Assembly: GCA_024635795.1 (NCBI GenBank)
Contig: JAGXIH010000023.1
Coordinates: 10,441-74,440, forward strand
Reading direction: 5' to 3'
DNA from: Salegentibacter sp.
GTDB lineage: Bacteria > Bacteroidota > Bacteroidia > Flavobacteriales > Flavobacteriaceae
Length of the DNA: 64,000 bases
Below the pieces are notes generated by a model. That model saw nothing but the letters and a program-made list of their open reading frames with translations, had not been told where the DNA came from and made no database searches. This document shows, one piece after another, positions 61,366 to 64,000 of this stretch. The translations under genes were made by a program, and so were the position numbers. Position 1 is the stretch's first letter; the number at the start of each line of letters is the position of its first letter.

Positions 61366-62685
61366 ATGTTTTCTGCGGAAAGCAGCATTTTCTTCTACAA
61401 CATTTTAAAAGGGTTTGCCGGGACAAAGGCTAAACCCTTTCTTTTTTTTCTAATATTAATTTTTTTAGCCTTTCCGGTATTTTCATCCAACATTCTAATC
61501 CCGATGGATGAATCTCAGAGCGATCATTTAAAAGCTTACGGAATAACCTATTATGCCCTGGAGCAAAATTTGGAAGTAAGGTGGCTTCTGAATTACCGGG
61601 GAGGATCTTTCCTGATCTCTGACACAGAGAATCTTCAGAAGGAGTGCAAGATAAGAGGAGTGTCCTATGAGGTGATTAGTGATGCAAAGACACTTGAAAT
61701 TCTCGAAGAGATATCGAGCCCTTCCCAAAATATGGAAAACGTGGTTCTTGAGAAGGCTCCAAAAATTGCTGTTTATTCGCCGGGAGATGCCCGGCCCTGG
61801 GACGATGCGGTGACTATGGTGCTTACTTATGCTGAAATTCCCTACGAGATTATTTATGATAAAGAGGTTTTAGGGGATGCCCTAGTGTTGTATGACTGGC
61901 TTCATCTTCATCACGAAGATTTTACCGGTCAATATGGGAAATTTTACCGGGCCTTCCGCACATCACCCTGGTATGTCGAGGAGAAGAAAGAAGCTGAGGC
62001 CCTGGCTGAAAGTTTAGGATATTCTAAAGTTTCAGAGCAAAAACTTGATGTCGCCCTGAAAATAAAAAACTATGTCATTGGTGGTGGATTTATGTTTGCT
62101 ATGTGCAGTGCTACGGATAGTTTTGATATTGCTTTGGCAGCAGAAGGTGTCGATATTGCTGAACCAATGTTTGATGGGGATCCCAGCGAACCGGGTTACC
62201 AGTCTAAAATAGATTTTAATAAGACCTTTGCTTTTACCGATTTTATTCTGGAACGCAGCCCGATGGTTTACGAATTTTCCTCCATAGATATGACTGAGCG
62301 AAGACAAATTCCGAAGGAATCAGATTACTTTACGCTTATGGACTTCTCAGCAAAATGGGATGTAGTGCCAACTATGTTAACTCAAAACCATACCCGTTTG
62401 GTGAAAGGTTTTATGGGCCAGACGACGGCATATAATCCGGAAAGCATAAAACCTAATGTTTTGATAATGGGTGAAAGTAAATTAAACGGGGAGGCGAGAT
62501 ATATTCACGGGATTAAAGGAAAGGGCTTTTTTACCTTTTACGGAGGTCATGACCCGGAAGATTATCAGCATAGGGTAGGAGATCCTAAAACAGAACTCTC
62601 CCTGCATCCCAATTCGCCGGGATACCGATTAATTCTAAACAATGTTTTGTTTCCCGCAGCAAAAAAGAAACCTCAAAAAACTTAA
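61366..62685 (+). CDS. Conserved secreted protein with class-I GATase-like fold, function unknown
   Basis: Hydrophobic signal-like segment and GGGFMFAMCSA nucleophile-elbow-like motif. Start uncertain. Confidence 0.75.
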   Translation: MFSAESSIFFYNILKGFAGTKAKPFLFFLILIFLAFPVFSSNILIPMDESQSDHLKAYGITYYALEQNLEVRWLLNYRGGSFLISDTENLQKECKIRGVSYEVISDAKTLEILEEISSPSQNMENVVLEKAPKIAVYSPGDARPWDDAVTMVLTYAEIPYEIIYDKEVLGDALVLYDWLHLHHEDFTGQYGKFYRAFRTSPWYVEEKKEAEALAESLGYSKVSEQKLDVALKIKNYVIGGGFMFAMCSATDSFDIALAAEGVDIAEPMFDGDPSEPGYQSKIDFNKTFAFTDFILERSPMVYEFSSIDMTERRQIPKESDYFTLMDFSAKWDVVPTMLTQNHTRLVKGFMGQTTAYNPESIKPNVLIMGESKLNGEARYIHGIKGKGFFTFYGGHDPEDYQHRVGDPKTELSLHPNSPGYRLILNNVLFPAAKKKPQKT

Positions 62686-62697
62686 AAGGGAAATTAG

Positions 62698-63123
62698 ATG
62701 GAAGTATTTCAAAAGGAAATAAGTCTTAAGGCGAAAGAGAGAGGATTTCATTTGGTGACCCGGGAGATTTTCGGGGAGGTTAGGGAGATACAGGATTTTA
62801 AAACCGGAATAATGCATGTTTTTATAAAACATACTTCAGCTGGCTTAACAATTAACGAAAATGCCGATCCTACGGTGAGAGATGATTTTGAAAGTCATTT
62901 TAATGAAATGGTACCTGAAAATATGCCGTATTACAAACATACCGCAGAAGGTCCGGATGATATGCCGGCACATATTAAAGCATCTTTATTGGGGAACTCT
63001 CTTCAAATCCCGATAACAAATGGAAAATTAAATTTAGGTATATGGCAGGGAATTTACCTTTGCGAGCACAGGGATCACGCGAGGAGCAGGAATTTGGTAA
63101 TCACTATTACCGGTGAAAAATAA
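62698..63123 (+). CDS. yjbQ: YjbQ family (secondary thiamine-phosphate synthase)
   Basis: HTSAGLTINENADP, EGPDDMPAHIK and LGIWQGIYLCEHR motifs. Confidence 0.93.
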   Translation: MEVFQKEISLKAKERGFHLVTREIFGEVREIQDFKTGIMHVFIKHTSAGLTINENADPTVRDDFESHFNEMVPENMPYYKHTAEGPDDMPAHIKASLLGNSLQIPITNGKLNLGIWQGIYLCEHRDHARSRNLVITITGEK

Positions 63124-63152
63124 AAAAGCCCGGTGAATTCACCGGGCTTTTT
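63122..63152. terminator. Bidirectional terminator
   Basis: Perfect palindrome AAAAAGCCCGGTGAATTCACCGGGCTTTTT. Confidence 0.85.
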
Positions 63153-63173
63153 CTAAGAGAGTATAATATTTGT

Positions 63174-63518
63174 TTATTTTACTTTGTCTACTACTGCTTT
63201 AAAAGCGGCGGGCTGATTCATCGCAAGGTCGGCAAGAACTTTACGGTTCAAACCGATTCCGTTTGCTTTAACTCCTCCCATAAACTGAGAATAAGACATA
63301 CCGTGTTCACGGGCTGCAGCGTTTATACGCATAATCCACAATGAACGGAAATTACGTTTCTTGGTTTTGCGGTCTCTGTATGCATAAAGCATAGCTTTAT
63401 CTACCGCGTTTTTGGCAACTGTCCAAACGTTTTTACGACGTCCGAAGTAACCTTTTGCTTGCTTAAGAACCTTTTTTCTTCTGGCTCTCTTCGCAACTGA
63501 ATTTACTGATCTTGGCAT
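63174..63518 (-). CDS. rplT: 50S ribosomal protein L20
   Basis: [16 protein letters not shown]...[17 protein letters not shown] 63518. Confidence 0.98.
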   Translation of the reverse strand: MPRSVNSVAKRARRKKVLKQAKGYFGRRKNVWTVAKNAVDKAMLYAYRDRKTKKRNFRSLWIMRINAAAREHGMSYSQFMGGVKANGIGLNRKVLADLAMNQPAAFKAVVDKVK

Positions 63519-63533
63519 ATTTTTAATTTTTTT

Positions 63534-63598
63534 GTAGCAGGCGGTCGGCATCCGACACTTTTTTAAAACCGGTTAAGGTTTTGCCCAACTCCAGGGTT
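63534..63598 (-). ncRNA. Candidate structured leader upstream of rplT
   Basis: Two hairpins enclosed by a third helix, ending just before the rplT start. Confidence 0.4.
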
Positions 63599-63629
63599 TT
63601 TAAATTGTTTAAACCGTTAAGCGCTTCTG

Positions 63630-63827
63630 TTACTTTAAACGTAACATCAGTTTAACATTGTCCTTATCGGCATCGTGTACCAAAGTACTATGCGTTAAGG
63701 CTAACTTACGTTTTTTAGACTTCTTTGTTAAGATGTGACTTTTAAACGCATGCTTTCTTTTAATCTTACCGGTACCTGTAAGCTTGAAACGCTTCTTGGC
63801 ACTGGATTTTGTTTTCATTTTAGGCAT
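63630..63827 (-). CDS. rpmI: 50S ribosomal protein L35
   Basis: [24 protein letters not shown]. Confidence 0.98.
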   Translation of the reverse strand: MPKMKTKSSAKKRFKLTGTGKIKRKHAFKSHILTKKSKKRKLALTHSTLVHDADKDNVKLMLRLK

Positions 63828-63859
63828 GTTCTCTTCTTTTATAATTAACTCTCTTATTC

Positions 63860-64000
63860 TTATTTCGTCTTTCTGGGGGCAAGGAACATAGTCATCCTTT
63901 TACCTTCCAGTTTGGGCATTTGCTCTACTTTACCTAATTCCTCAAGATCCTGCGCTAATCTAAGCAGTAGGATTTCACCTTTATCTTTAAATACAATAGA
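63860..64000 (-). CDS. infC: Translation initiation factor IF-3, C-terminal part (truncated by window edge)
   Basis: Minus frame reads ...[39 protein letters not shown], upstream of rpmI. Confidence 0.93.
   Translation of the reverse strand, partial: SIVFKDKGEILLLRLAQDLEELGKVEQMPKLEGKRMTMFLAPRKTK

Overview
Gene-dense, AT-rich core-chromosome segment of a Bacteroidota bacterium, almost certainly Flavobacteriaceae. The assignment rests on TAnnTTTG promoters, A-rich start contexts without Shine-Dalgarno motifs, and family-typical gene order; the genus cannot be fixed from sequence alone. It holds about 55 CDS, mostly housekeeping: typA, nusB-yajC, pepT, pyrD, guaB, SurA/MoxR, aconitase, aroK, split transketolase, tgt, accA, dnaB and infC-rpmI-rplT. 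It also carries an iron-uptake locus (FecA-like TonB receptor divergent from an Fe3+ ABC transporter), a CarH-crtI-crtB-crtZ-crtY carotenoid cluster and three tRNAs (Leu-GAG, two Lys-TTT). I see no transposase, integrase, prophage, CRISPR array, rRNA or defence system, and I cannot honestly claim a large new system here. The best leads are cis-acting elements: a boxA-like motif abutting the nusB start codon, DnaA-box-like 9-mers before dnaB, a multi-stem RNA between rpmI and rplT, tRNA-derived repeats with a nested palindromic insert, and several REP-like elements. A few conserved but poorly understood envelope or secreted proteins are also worth a look. Start codons were adjusted by eye where the ORF track over-extends.
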